Of a stretch of 64,000 nucleotides of DNA, positions 40,206 through 50,052 are shown piece after piece (position 1 is the stretch's first letter; each line of letters starts with the position of its first letter). The stretch comes from a virus: the IMG/VR virus record IMGVR_UViG_3300025437_000011, positions 1-64,000 of that record, one strand, 5' to 3'. Made by a program: the position numbers and the translations under genes. The notes beneath the pieces were generated by a model. The model searched no databases and was not told where the DNA came from. It saw nothing but the letters and a program-made list of their open reading frames with translations.

Positions 40206-41384
40206 TTATTCTATAAGCCAACAGAATTCTAAATCTTGCAAAAGAGTTTCTTTATTTTTTATTTTACTTAGTGGGATAAAATCATTACTTGATTCAATTG
40301 AAATATCTTCTAGTTGACAGGCCCTGCTATTATAGACTTTTTGATTCGATAATAAGATTCTATTGGTTTTAAATTTAAAATTATCTGATAGCTCTGGAGC
40401 GTTCTCTACATTTTTCTTGAATTCTTGTATGCCACAAAATTCCATTAGTTGAAATTTTCTATGCTCAAGCTCATCTTTTGTAGAACAACAGGTATCGAAT
40501 ACACAGACATATGGTATTCCTAATTTTTCCATTTGTTCTATAAAGGGTAATTCTACTTCTTTGGTTACTTCATAAATAACCATTGTTAAATTTTGTTTAA
40601 ATTGTAAGAAAGGCGTACAATTAAATCCTTTATCGGTTACTATGGCGCATCTTCTAGTGGCAACGTTTTGTAACATTGACCTAAATATTAATTCGTTTAA
40701 TGAATCTGAATAATCTAAACGTATATTTAATACATCTTCTTTAAAGAAGTTTGGATCTATTACTTGATCTGCTGTTGTTTCAATTAATCTATCCTTATAT
40801 CTATTTCCAGTATAGATTGTTTTGATTTTTATATCGTCAGATTCAAATAGTAATTTATTTACCGATGAGATGATATCTTCTATTTTAATTAGATTAATTG
40901 TTTTTGGTGACTCATTAGGATTAAAGCTAGGCTTATGATTGTCGCTTGGCTTTAAATTGATCTGTTTATTATTCCAATACGGCCCGGCGATTTCTGGCAG
41001 AGTTACGCTATATAATGCAACCGTCGGGATGTCAAATGCACTACACATGTGTACCGCAAAACTATCATTACCAAGATGTAAGCTCGAATTGGATAGGATA
41101 TATGCAGTTTGATTTATAGTTGTTTTGCCTTGTAGATTAATGCATGCATTTAAAACTTTATCTTCTGGGCCTCCAATTTGAATTATTTTATAACCATTGG
41201 CTTCTAGTTTGGGTAATAGTAAATTAATAACTTCTTGAAAATAATCATAGCACTTGCCGGGCATGCCACTACTATTTTGTACAGTAATATACTTTTCTGC
41301 ATCTATTGGGAAAAATTTCTTTACAATTGTAGGCTTCCCAATTTTGCTTCCCGTTGATAGTGCGTATCTGTCTAGTAAGTGCAT
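40206..41384 (-). CDS. GT9 (heptosyltransferase-like) C-terminal-domain protein with C-terminal extension
   Basis: IIQIGG, INLQGKTTINQTAYIL, HLGNDSFAVHM, PTVALY. Confidence 0.75.
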   Translation of the reverse strand: MHLLDRYALSTGSKIGKPTIVKKFFPIDAEKYITVQNSSGMPGKCYDYFQEVINLLLPKLEANGYKIIQIGGPEDKVLNACINLQGKTTINQTAYILSNSSLHLGNDSFAVHMCSAFDIPTVALYSVTLPEIAGPYWNNKQINLKPSDNHKPSFNPNESPKTINLIKIEDIISSVNKLLFESDDIKIKTIYTGNRYKDRLIETTADQVIDPNFFKEDVLNIRLDYSDSLNELIFRSMLQNVATRRCAIVTDKGFNCTPFLQFKQNLTMVIYEVTKEVELPFIEQMEKLGIPYVCVFDTCCSTKDELEHRKFQLMEFCGIQEFKKNVENAPELSDNFKFKTNRILLSNQKVYNSRACQLEDISIESSNDFIPLSKIKNKETLLQDLEFCWLIE

Positions 41385-41385
41385 A

Positions 41386-43317
41386 TTAATTATTGAGATT
41401 AAGATCTAATTTATCAACTCCGTTATGCATATAGTCAAGCATCCTTTGGGTTCCGAAGTATGGATGATACGCGACATCGCATATTCCCTTCACTGATCCG
41501 GCCCCTTCTAATGCAATTACGTTATCCATTGCTGGATGATAAGGAATCCATTTATCTATGTAGGGATTTCCGTCTATTACGTCTTGATACTGTGGCTTAG
41601 TCGCAATATATATTTTATGGGTTTCTTTTGGATATCTGTTTCTTAGTGATTCAAAAATTGATGTAATTAAAAATACATCGCCTAGACTTTCGGGCTGTAC
41701 TAATAAAACCCTCTTGAATCCTTCATCTTTTTCAAAAAGCTGGTCAATAGAAGTTATTTCATTTTTTTTCTTTATATCTTCTTGCGCTACATGTCTAAAA
41801 TAATTTTCAATATCTATTTTTGGACGGTTTTCGGAAAGTTGCTTTAACCAATGTTGAACACCTTCGTCTTCATCTATAACTTCCCTATCTAGAATAAGTT
41901 TATATAAAGATTTTACCCACAGTTTGGAATCTTCATTGTTTGGTACTTGAGCGGAAGGGTTTGGATTACTTTGTGACGCTTTAAACTCGAAAACAGAATC
42001 TTCCAGAATAGAAAGTGAGTCAATAAACTCTTCAATTTTTTTTCCATTATTTTGAATGGAATAATTGTCAAGTGCCCACTGCCTAGATAGGCGTTCTAGG
42101 GTAGCTTGTTTTTCTAATGGCATCTCATATACTTTTTTGAATACATTGCACATTGATGAGGCTGATGGTTGCGATTTTAAGAATTGTGTTCCATGTTCTG
42201 TATAAAAGGCAAATTTAAATTCCATGCTACCCTGATTTAATTCAATAATATCCTCACCAAAAGAATAAGGACAAGTTGCTACTATTTTTTCTGTTAGTGC
42301 GGCTTCTACACAAGGTAATTCACAAGCTCCAGATGTTGCTGGATGAGAATAAAGGCTGAATATATTATAAATTTCATTTAATTGTGAGTCTGTAACTCCC
42401 AATCCAACATTTGTGGTTATAAGTGTTTTTCTTTTTGTTAGTGGATTTTCAATATCTTGACCAGTAAATGGTGCAATAAAATACTCTTTTGTTTCTTTAC
42501 AGACATAAGTACAAAGAACTTCTTTCTTGTCTACTCCATATTGTTCGCATAGTCGTGAAATATCCCATCCTTCTCCGTAGTGAGTATGAGTATATAGGTA
42601 AGTATTTTTAATCTGAGGATTTTGTCTCTTGAATTGCGCGTAGGCTTCAATTTGAGTATTAATAAGTTTTCTTAATTGATTTCTAAAAACAAATCCAATA
42701 ATGAAACTATCTTGCGGTAAGTTATGTTTTTGTAAAATTTCATTAATTTTTTCCTGTGGTAGTTTATAAAAACTATCTGTATTAACTAGTGGATACTGAT
42801 TTTTAACATGCGTATGTCCAAGCTTGTGTAGTTCTTTTCTTGCGAAATCGCTCCAAGTCCAATAGTGATTTATTTTCTTTGCCTTCTCAATTGTATCGGG
42901 AAGTAGGGGTAGAGAATCAAATGTATTCCAGCATACAGTCGGTATAGACTTAAAGAAATTTTTTTCAGTTACAAACTGGGAGCCCCACGTATCATTAACC
43001 GAAAATACCACATCTGGTTTAAATTCTTTGACTAAATTTTCAATTTCCATCTCTCCATAGGCAGCAACCCTACCCAAGTTTGGATCTTGATTTATTTGGG
43101 CAATTTTACTGGGATCTTCAGGAAGAACTCCTACTGTTTTCCAAGGAAATCTTTGTGTATGTTGACCGTTTTTTTGCAATCCTTGCGCGGCATTGCAGAT
43201 TTCGTATTTACCAGTTTGATACAAATATTTTAATAATAACTTTGTATTTTTGCCAAAACCAGTAAAGGCTCCAGCGTAATCACTGAGGAATAAAATTCTT
43301 TTCTTTCTTTCTGTCAT
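41386..43317 (-). CDS. Multidomain glycosyltransferase: GT4-like + DUF4214-like helix bundle + GT9 N-terminal domain
   Basis: TGFG, FVFRNQLRK, LNEIYN...ELPCVEA (GT4); WVKSLYKLILDRE..DEGVQHW; VLLVQPESLGDVF...GNPYID (GT9 N-domain). Confidence 0.75.
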   Translation of the reverse strand: MTERKKRILFLSDYAGAFTGFGKNTKLLLKYLYQTGKYEICNAAQGLQKNGQHTQRFPWKTVGVLPEDPSKIAQINQDPNLGRVAAYGEMEIENLVKEFKPDVVFSVNDTWGSQFVTEKNFFKSIPTVCWNTFDSLPLLPDTIEKAKKINHYWTWSDFARKELHKLGHTHVKNQYPLVNTDSFYKLPQEKINEILQKHNLPQDSFIIGFVFRNQLRKLINTQIEAYAQFKRQNPQIKNTYLYTHTHYGEGWDISRLCEQYGVDKKEVLCTYVCKETKEYFIAPFTGQDIENPLTKRKTLITTNVGLGVTDSQLNEIYNIFSLYSHPATSGACELPCVEAALTEKIVATCPYSFGEDIIELNQGSMEFKFAFYTEHGTQFLKSQPSASSMCNVFKKVYEMPLEKQATLERLSRQWALDNYSIQNNGKKIEEFIDSLSILEDSVFEFKASQSNPNPSAQVPNNEDSKLWVKSLYKLILDREVIDEDEGVQHWLKQLSENRPKIDIENYFRHVAQEDIKKKNEITSIDQLFEKDEGFKRVLLVQPESLGDVFLITSIFESLRNRYPKETHKIYIATKPQYQDVIDGNPYIDKWIPYHPAMDNVIALEGAGSVKGICDVAYHPYFGTQRMLDYMHNGVDKLDLNLNN

Positions 43318-43319
43318 GC

Positions 43320-43763
43320 TTAGGAAAATAGACTGTTTAGTGATGCTTTTAAATATTCTCTCAATTTGATTGATTCTACAATATTAAAAGCAATTCCTAC
43401 TCCGTCAATTTTTAAAACATGACCAATAAACGCGGAGTCCTTAATGTATGGCTCAAAAAAAATTGGAGTAGTTTTATCGCCATTTTTGTGAACTGTTGAA
43501 AACTTTTTTTCGCTATTGGATTCTAGTACATATAGAATATTACAAAGCTCAAGATCATTGAGTTTAATTTTCTTATGTTTTTCTGGATTATTAACATTCT
43601 CCTTAAAAGATCCGGTCTTAGAAGAATCATCCCATGAGTGTTGTTTTAAAAGGTTAATGTAAAATCCTGCTTTTTTAGGGTCTTCTATAGAAGAATTGCA
43701 CTCAAAAGTAGCGCAAGTGCCATTTCCAGTTTTCTGTGGCTTGTAAAATTCAATTCTTTTCAT
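43320..43763 (-). CDS. Hypothetical protein, possibly nucleic-acid binding (PC4/Whirly-like pattern)
   Basis: Repeated strand-strand-helix pattern; weak call. Confidence 0.4.
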   Translation of the reverse strand: MKRIEFYKPQKTGNGTCATFECNSSIEDPKKAGFYINLLKQHSWDDSSKTGSFKENVNNPEKHKKIKLNDLELCNILYVLESNSEKKFSTVHKNGDKTTPIFFEPYIKDSAFIGHVLKIDGVGIAFNIVESIKLREYLKASLNSLFS

Positions 43764-43781
43764 CCTACATAATCATTTATT

Positions 43782-44177
43782 TTATTGAAGTTTTAAAAAA
43801 AACTTTAGTAAAACACTGACTAATCTAGAAAAAAAGAAAATTACCCCTAAATAAAAAATGTTCCCACAGACTAAAGAAGAAAAAACAGACAGCCATACAC
43901 CGAAGCAAATCGGACAAGATAGGAGCTTTAATAAGAAACTTAAAATTTTATTTTGGGTAAAGTAATATTTTGTAGATACATACTCTATATAGCCAAACTC
44001 AAGATCTTGCTCGCCCCTATTTAAGTACTCCTCTATCAGTAGAAAAGTATATACTGACTTAGGTAGTAATGCAGAAAAAAGTTTTAAATATACTGGAAAG
44101 AAATCAGTATAGTACCATAGATGGGAAACTAGTCCCACAAGGAAAATTTGTTGAGTTATTAATATTAATATTGACAT
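43782..44177 (-). CDS. Membrane protein with CxxC motif (DUF1360-like)
   Basis: Hydrophobic helices and LLSCPICFGVW. Confidence 0.55.
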   Translation of the reverse strand: MSILILITQQIFLVGLVSHLWYYTDFFPVYLKLFSALLPKSVYTFLLIEEYLNRGEQDLEFGYIEYVSTKYYFTQNKILSFLLKLLSCPICFGVWLSVFSSLVCGNIFYLGVIFFFSRLVSVLLKFFLKLQ

Positions 44178-44200
44178 GCTCTTAAAAAACCGTTCATAAT
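44171..44200 (+). promoter_or_regulatory. Sigma70-type promoter TTGACA-N18-CATAAT
   Basis: -35 at 44171-44176, -10 at 44195-44200, upstream of the sigma factor gene. Confidence 0.5.
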
Positions 44201-44352
44201 TAGGGAACCGAAAACAGCCATTGCAAACTTCGCTTCGCTCGTTTACAATATTTACTCGTAAACTCGTAAATGTTTAATAATTATTATTTAATTTATTGAA
44301 CAAATCAAAATTTAATTTGACTAACTAATAAAGTTGTTTCACATTTGTATAA

Positions 44353-44955
44353 ATGACACTAGATCTAGAAAATATTAAAGATGAAAAGTTAGTAGAGAAT
44401 GTAAAAACAAAATCCTGCAATACTAGTCTAACAGAACTGATCAGTAGACACAGTGGAATCTGTTTTAGTATGGGAAAAAAGTTTTCTCAATACGGATCAT
44501 TCAAGCTAAATGATTTAAACGACAATAAAGATTGGATTATATATTCCGCAGCACTATCGTTTGATTCTTCCAAGGGTGCAAAATTTTCTACTTGGCTAGG
44601 TAATCAGGTAAAGTATTACTGTTTGAATTTAAAAAACAAATCGTCGAAGTATGTTGAAACCGAAGAGTCAACTATTGAATTTTTAATCAACCAGTATTAT
44701 AATGAAAATAAATCAACAGACTTGAAGGCGCAAATATTGTATACAGTACAAGATATCCTAGATCAAATTAAAGATAAGAATATAAAAAACGCAATTCATT
44801 ATAGATACTTTTCGAACCAAGACCGAATTTTAAATTATTCCGAAATAGGCGAGATACTCAACGTGACACCACAAACCGTCTTGAACTGGCATAATAAATT
44901 TATAGAACTTGCGAAAAAAAAGTTGACTTCCCTTAACAATAGCGATATAATCTAA
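44353..44955 (+). CDS. Phage RNA polymerase sigma factor (sigma70-like regions 2 and 4)
   Basis: FDSSKGAKFSTW (region 2) and YSEIGEILNVTPQTV (region 4 HTH). Confidence 0.85.
   Translation: MTLDLENIKDEKLVENVKTKSCNTSLTELISRHSGICFSMGKKFSQYGSFKLNDLNDNKDWIIYSAALSFDSSKGAKFSTWLGNQVKYYCLNLKNKSSKYVETEESTIEFLINQYYNENKSTDLKAQILYTVQDILDQIKDKNIKNAIHYRYFSNQDRILNYSEIGEILNVTPQTVLNWHNKFIELAKKKLTSLNNSDII
44923..44951 (+). promoter_or_regulatory. Sigma70-type promoter TTGACT-N17-TATAAT
   Basis: Near-consensus; ATG 44961 follows the -10 box after 9 nt. Confidence 0.8.
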
Positions 44956-44960
44956 AACGT

Positions 44961-45236
44961 ATGGAAAACACAAACACAAATGGCGATAAGCCAAAGCTAG
45001 AAGAGGCCGGGGCACTATGGAAGCGCACCAGCAAGGCAGGGAATACGTATCTTAACGGTTCCTTTAAGACAAAAACAGGAGAAGAGGTTAAGGTTCTGAT
45101 TTTTAGTAACTCCTCAAAGCCAGAGGGTTCAAATCAGCCAGACTACAGGGTTTATTTTGATAAGCCACTTGAGGCATCGGCTCAAAAGCCAGCCGCCAAG
45201 AAGGCACCCACAAAGAACGACGATATCCCATTTTAA
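44961..45236 (+). CDS. Small ssDNA-binding protein (DUF736-like) with SSB-type acidic tail
   Basis: GALWKRTSKAGNTYLNG, NQPDYRV, C-terminal DDIPF. Confidence 0.7.
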   Translation: MENTNTNGDKPKLEEAGALWKRTSKAGNTYLNGSFKTKTGEEVKVLIFSNSSKPEGSNQPDYRVYFDKPLEASAQKPAAKKAPTKNDDIPF

Positions 45237-45239
45237 GCC

Positions 45240-46328
45240 GTGAGTGTAGCCCTACATCTACCGCTTAACTCAACGTCATTAGGGCAAGTATCCTTTTCTA
45301 TCCTGCGAGAAATTTACTCTCGCGGGATAGAGACGGTTCTTTTTCCGATTGGTGATGTAGACGCGTCCACGCAAAAACAAGATCCAGATTTTTTTTCTTG
45401 GATTCATAATTCGATTCTATCAGCACAAAAAACCCACAATAGAAAAAATCCTATATTTAAACTTTGGCATCTTGCGGGAAGTCTTGAGAGTTTTTCCGAA
45501 AAACAAGTTCTTTTAAGTTTTTATGAACTAGATTCACCTACACCTCTTGAACTTAATATCGTAAAGAATAATGCAAAAGTTTTATTATCAAGTAATTATG
45601 CAGTTAATGTATTTAATAACTTTGGTTGCAATAATGTAGAATTTGTTCCACTAGCATTTGACGCTACTCATTTTAATGTAGAAAATCAACAAAAAAACCG
45701 AACTGATATTCATTTTGGACTTTGCGGAAAGTTGGAACCACAAAGAAAAAGGCACTTAAAGGCACTGCAGGCTTGGGTTAAGAAGTACGGTAATAAATCA
45801 GGTTACTTTCTCAACTGTGCTATCTTTAATAGATTTTTAGATCCAAACGTTCAATCAAATATCATTAATGAATCCCTACAAGGCCAAAGATATTGGAACT
45901 TAAATTTCTTACCTTTCATGGAAAGTAATGAAATTTATAATAAATTTATTAATAATAATGACATTATTCTTGCGACTAGCGGCGGTGAGGGGTGGGGACT
46001 TCCAGAATTTCAAAGCGTAGCAATCGGAAAGCATTGCGTCGGAATCAACGCGCATGCCTATAAAGATTGGATGAATGAACAAAATTCCGTCTTAGTAAAC
46101 CCTAACGGAAAAATTCCAGTATATGATGGCCTCTTCTTCCAACAGGGGGGCGAAATTAATCAGGGAAATATTTTTGATTGGGACGAAAATGATTTCATTA
46201 AGGGCATGGAAGAGGCAGAAGCTAGATTCAGAACCAATCCGGTAAATACAGCTGGATTAGAACTACAAGAAAAGTTTACCTATAAAAAAATGGTAGATTC
46301 CATCCTTAACACCCTTAACACTTTATGA
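45240..46328 (+). CDS. Glycosyltransferase, GT4-like
   Basis: GKLEPQRK and SGGEGWGLPEFQS (E-x7 donor-binding region). Confidence 0.8.
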   Translation: MSVALHLPLNSTSLGQVSFSILREIYSRGIETVLFPIGDVDASTQKQDPDFFSWIHNSILSAQKTHNRKNPIFKLWHLAGSLESFSEKQVLLSFYELDSPTPLELNIVKNNAKVLLSSNYAVNVFNNFGCNNVEFVPLAFDATHFNVENQQKNRTDIHFGLCGKLEPQRKRHLKALQAWVKKYGNKSGYFLNCAIFNRFLDPNVQSNIINESLQGQRYWNLNFLPFMESNEIYNKFINNNDIILATSGGEGWGLPEFQSVAIGKHCVGINAHAYKDWMNEQNSVLVNPNGKIPVYDGLFFQQGGEINQGNIFDWDENDFIKGMEEAEARFRTNPVNTAGLELQEKFTYKKMVDSILNTLNTL

Positions 46329-46492
46329 ATCAAAATGAGCTTGAATTAATTAATAACGCGAGAGCATCTATTGAAAAAGTAATCTTTAAAGATGGAACCG
46401 AATACTTCAGAATGCCAAATGGTAATCTCGTGCGATCCACTCCAAGACCCCATAAAATTAGAAAAAAAAATAAATTAATTAATAAAAAATAA
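46325..46492 (+). CDS. 55-aa basic hypothetical protein (below the ORF-track cutoff)
   Basis: MNQNELELINNARASIEKVIFKDGTEYFRMPNGNLVRSTPRPHKIRKKNKLINKK; ATGA overlap upstream and TAATG overlap downstream fill the gap exactly. Confidence 0.7.
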   Translation: MNQNELELINNARASIEKVIFKDGTEYFRMPNGNLVRSTPRPHKIRKKNKLINKK

Positions 46493-46920
46493 TGCCGTTT
46501 TATACTTTTCAACATCCCAAAACTGAAGAAATAATCGACATCTTCTTTAAGATGAACGATGAAAAAAAGTATATTGACGAAAAGGGCATAGCGTGGAACA
46601 GGGTATTTTATCCTCCAACTTTTGCATTTGATACCATGATTGACCCCCATGATGAAAAAGCATTTATAAAAAAAACCGAAAAGGGTGGCACGGTAGGTGA
46701 CCTTTTTGATATCTCTAAAGAGATGAGCGAAAGGCGTGGCGGCGACAAAAATGATGAAATCAAAGTAAAGTATACCGAAAAGAAAAATAAAGAACTCGAC
46801 GCTCAAGCACTAACAAACTTAAGAGAAGAAAGAAAGAAGCAGTTTGCAGAGTTTAAAAAATTAGACAAATCAAGAGTAAAACCAACAAAAAAGAATGTTG
46901 GAACTAAAAAAAACAAGTAG
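46492..46920 (+). CDS. FmdB-like ribbon protein lacking the Cys ligands
   Basis: MPFYTFQHPKT...F.MND and RVFYPP mirror the MPxYxYxCxxC family pattern. Confidence 0.5.
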   Translation: MPFYTFQHPKTEEIIDIFFKMNDEKKYIDEKGIAWNRVFYPPTFAFDTMIDPHDEKAFIKKTEKGGTVGDLFDISKEMSERRGGDKNDEIKVKYTEKKNKELDAQALTNLREERKKQFAEFKKLDKSRVKPTKKNVGTKKNK

Positions 46921-47003
46921 GCCCCCAAAAATTTTCTTTTCCTATTTTTTAGTTTTCTTTGACCACAAGATGTTGTAATATACTAACACAACATTCTTAT
47001 ATT

Positions 47004-47975
47004 ATGATCTTTGAAGAACAAATCTCTCGTAAACCAAACTACTACCCTTGGACGGAAGAATTCATTGAGTCAATGCATAATGGATTCTGGACAGACAAAG
47101 AATTCTCCTTTAAATCGGACATCCAACAGTTTAAAGTCAACCTTAATGACCAAGAAAGAGAAATTATCGTAAGAACCCTATCAGCCATTGGACAGATAGA
47201 AGTAGCCGTAAAGACATTTTGGGCCAAACTTGGAGAAAATCTCCCCCATCCAGCCCTACAAGATCTAGGGTATGTTATGGCAAATACAGAAGTAATCCAT
47301 AATAATGCATATGAGAGACTTCTTTCTGTTTTAGATCTAGAGGATATTTTTGAGGAAAACCTCAAACTTGAGTGGATTCAGGGTAGAGTAAATTATCTAA
47401 GAAAGTATACACACCGTTTTTATAAAGACTCAAAAAAGCAATATCTTTACGCACTGATTCTTTTTACTCTTTTTGTAGAGAATGTTTCCCTATTCTCTCA
47501 ATTTTATGTTATTAATTGGTTTGCGCGTTTTAAGAACGTACTCAAGGATACAGATCAACAAGTTAAATATACAAGAAACGAAGAAAATATTCATGCGCTT
47601 GTTGGGATTAAAATTATCAATACAATCCGAAAAGAATATCCTGAGCTATTTGACGACGAGCTAGAAGAAAAAATTCTTTCCGAAGCCAAAGAAGCACTAA
47701 AGTCTGAATCTAAAATTGTTGACTGGATGATTAATGGGATTCAAGAAGAGGGACTAAACGCGCCGCTATTAAAAGAATTTATTAAAAATCGCATTAATGA
47801 TTCTCTAAAACAGATTGGCTTCAAGAAAGCATTTGATGTAGATAAGACTCTATTAAAAAAGACCTTATGGTTTGATGAAGAATTACTAGGAAACAATATG
47901 ACGGATTTCTTTCATTCTAGGCCCGTAGAATATTCAAAGAAAAGTCAATCATTTGATGAATCAGACTTGTTTTAA
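47004..47975 (+). CDS. nrdB: Ribonucleotide reductase class I beta subunit (likely start ATG 47004)
   Basis: FWT..E, EVIHNNAY (radical Tyr), VENVSLFSQF, EENIH, DFF motifs. Confidence 0.92.
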   Translation: MIFEEQISRKPNYYPWTEEFIESMHNGFWTDKEFSFKSDIQQFKVNLNDQEREIIVRTLSAIGQIEVAVKTFWAKLGENLPHPALQDLGYVMANTEVIHNNAYERLLSVLDLEDIFEENLKLEWIQGRVNYLRKYTHRFYKDSKKQYLYALILFTLFVENVSLFSQFYVINWFARFKNVLKDTDQQVKYTRNEENIHALVGIKIINTIRKEYPELFDDELEEKILSEAKEALKSESKIVDWMINGIQEEGLNAPLLKEFIKNRINDSLKQIGFKKAFDVDKTLLKKTLWFDEELLGNNMTDFFHSRPVEYSKKSQSFDESDLF

Positions 47976-47995
47976 GACTCAGTCTATAGTATAAT
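47967..47995 (+). promoter_or_regulatory. Sigma70-type promoter TTGTTT-N17-TATAAT for nrdA
   Basis: -10 at 47990-47995, ATG 6 nt later. Confidence 0.6.
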
Positions 47996-48001
47996 ACTTT
48001 C

Positions 48002-49663
48002 ATGAGTGGAGAAGTAAATACAGATATCTATTGGTTGAATAAAGATTCCAGAAAGTTTCTACAAAGAGGTTATCTTCTAGAGGATGAATCTCCGGAACAA
48101 AGAATCCGCGATATTGCAGAAGCCGCAGAAAAAATTTTAAAGCAACACGAGTTTGCCAATAAGTTTGAAAACTACATGCATAGAGGTTTTTATTCTTTGG
48201 CGTCCCCTATTTGGGCGAACTTTGGCAGAAAGCGCGGACTACCCATTTCCTGTTTTGGCTCCCATATTCCAGACACAATGGAAGGAATCCTAGAAAAAGT
48301 TTCAGAAGTTGGTATGATGACTAAGGGTGGCGGCGGAACTTCAGCATTTTTTGGTGAATTGCGTGGTCGTGGAGAGTCGATTTCTTCTGGCGGCGAATCA
48401 ACTGGATCAGTACACTTTATGGAGTTATTTGATAAGTTGATGAATGTAGTTTCGCAAGGAAATGTTCGTCGTGGTAGTTTCGCTTCTTATCTTCCTATTG
48501 ACCATAAAGACATAGAAGAGTTCTTAAAAATTCGCAGCGAGGGTAATAGTATTCAAGATCTCTCAATTGGAGTTACTATTTCCGATGAATGGATGAAAGA
48601 TATGATTGATGGAGATAAAGAAAAGCGTAGAATTTGGGGGTTAGTTATCAAGAAACGCTTTGAAAGCGGTTATCCCTATATTTTCTTTACTGACAATGTA
48701 AATAATCAGGCACCACAAGTATATAAAGATAAGGAATTGAAAATCAATCATTCAAACTTATGTACTGAAATTATGCTTCCAAATCAGGCAGACGAATCAT
48801 TTGTTTGTGACCTTTCCTCAATGAATCTTGATCGCTGGGAAGAATGGAAAGATACTGATGCAGTAGAGACTATGATTTGGTTTCTTGATGCTGTGATGAC
48901 TGAATTTATCAATAAAACAGAAGGCATGCAATTTATGGATGCACCTAGAAAATTTGCAATACGTCATCGCGCCCTTGGACTTGGAGTTTTGGGCTGGCAC
49001 TCACTATTGCAGTCTAAAATGATTCCCTTTGAGTCAATGGAGGCAAAGTTTCTTAATAATACTATTTGGAAAACAATTAGAAACAAGGCTGATTTTGCAA
49101 CACAAAAACTTGCAGAAGTTTATGGCGAACCAGAAGTTTTAAAGGGATATGAAAGAAGAAACACAACAACATTAGCTATCGCCCCAACTACCTCTTCATC
49201 ATTTATCCTTGGTCAAGTATCTCCAAGTATTGAGCCTCTAGAAAGTAATTATTTTGTTAAAGATTTAGCAAAAGGCAAGTTCACACATAAAAACCCTTAT
49301 TTAAAAAAACTTTTAAAAGAAAAAGGAAAGAACGATGATGATACATGGATGGATATTTTAAAGCACGGCGGATCTGTTCAACATTTAGACTTCTTAACAC
49401 AAGAAGAGAAGGATGTGTTTAAAACATTTGCAGAAACATCACAACGCGAAATAGTAATTCAAGCGGCCGGGCGCCAGAAATATATTGATCAGGGGCAAAG
49501 CTTAAATCTTATGATTCCAGCCGGAACTCCACCAAAAGCAGTCAACGAGCTTAATATTTTTGCTTGGGAACAGGGCATTAAAAGCCTATACTATCAACGT
49601 AGCTCTAACCCAGCTAAAGATTTGGCCCGTTCGATTATGACCTGCAAATCTTGCGAAGCTTAA
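48002..49663 (+). CDS. nrdA: Ribonucleotide reductase class I alpha subunit, no ATP-cone
   Basis: PISCF, SQGNVRRG, SNLCTEI, AIAPTTSSS, KSLYY, C-terminal CKSCEA; only 553 aa. Confidence 0.95.
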   Translation: MSGEVNTDIYWLNKDSRKFLQRGYLLEDESPEQRIRDIAEAAEKILKQHEFANKFENYMHRGFYSLASPIWANFGRKRGLPISCFGSHIPDTMEGILEKVSEVGMMTKGGGGTSAFFGELRGRGESISSGGESTGSVHFMELFDKLMNVVSQGNVRRGSFASYLPIDHKDIEEFLKIRSEGNSIQDLSIGVTISDEWMKDMIDGDKEKRRIWGLVIKKRFESGYPYIFFTDNVNNQAPQVYKDKELKINHSNLCTEIMLPNQADESFVCDLSSMNLDRWEEWKDTDAVETMIWFLDAVMTEFINKTEGMQFMDAPRKFAIRHRALGLGVLGWHSLLQSKMIPFESMEAKFLNNTIWKTIRNKADFATQKLAEVYGEPEVLKGYERRNTTTLAIAPTTSSSFILGQVSPSIEPLESNYFVKDLAKGKFTHKNPYLKKLLKEKGKNDDDTWMDILKHGGSVQHLDFLTQEEKDVFKTFAETSQREIVIQAAGRQKYIDQGQSLNLMIPAGTPPKAVNELNIFAWEQGIKSLYYQRSSNPAKDLARSIMTCKSCEA

Positions 49664-50037
49664 TGGAATTAAATAATCAGAACTACGAAGAATTGGACTC
49701 TACAATAGAGGACAAATTAATGGGAAATTTGCAGTGGTCTATGTTATTTTTTCTATTTAATAGAATATCCAAGGGAACCAAAGACCCAAATCTTTCAAAA
49801 GAGTTTTTTAAGGGATGGAAGAGGTTTACAGCCGCAAACCTAATAAAAAAAGACCTACAAACCATTAACGCAGTGTTAAATTCTCCTAAAAATATGTTTC
49901 ACTCCTTATTGAGAAATAGTAATGAAACTCTAGAAAGTACAGAAATATATCAAGAAAAATATAACAGAATAATAAAAAATATAGAAAATTTCTATTTTAA
50001 TAGTATTAATTCAGAAAATGACGAGGATGATAGTTAA
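49663..50037 (+). CDS. Hypothetical protein (likely start ATG 49663)
   Basis: TAATG overlap with nrdA stop. Confidence 0.6.
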   Translation: MELNNQNYEELDSTIEDKLMGNLQWSMLFFLFNRISKGTKDPNLSKEFFKGWKRFTAANLIKKDLQTINAVLNSPKNMFHSLLRNSNETLESTEIYQEKYNRIIKNIENFYFNSINSENDEDDS

Positions 50038-50043
50038 GTGTAA
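50038..50043 (+). promoter_or_regulatory. GTGTAA candidate late-promoter element within the replication region
   Basis: 9 nt before ATG 50053. Confidence 0.5.
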
Positions 50044-50052
50044 TATATTATT

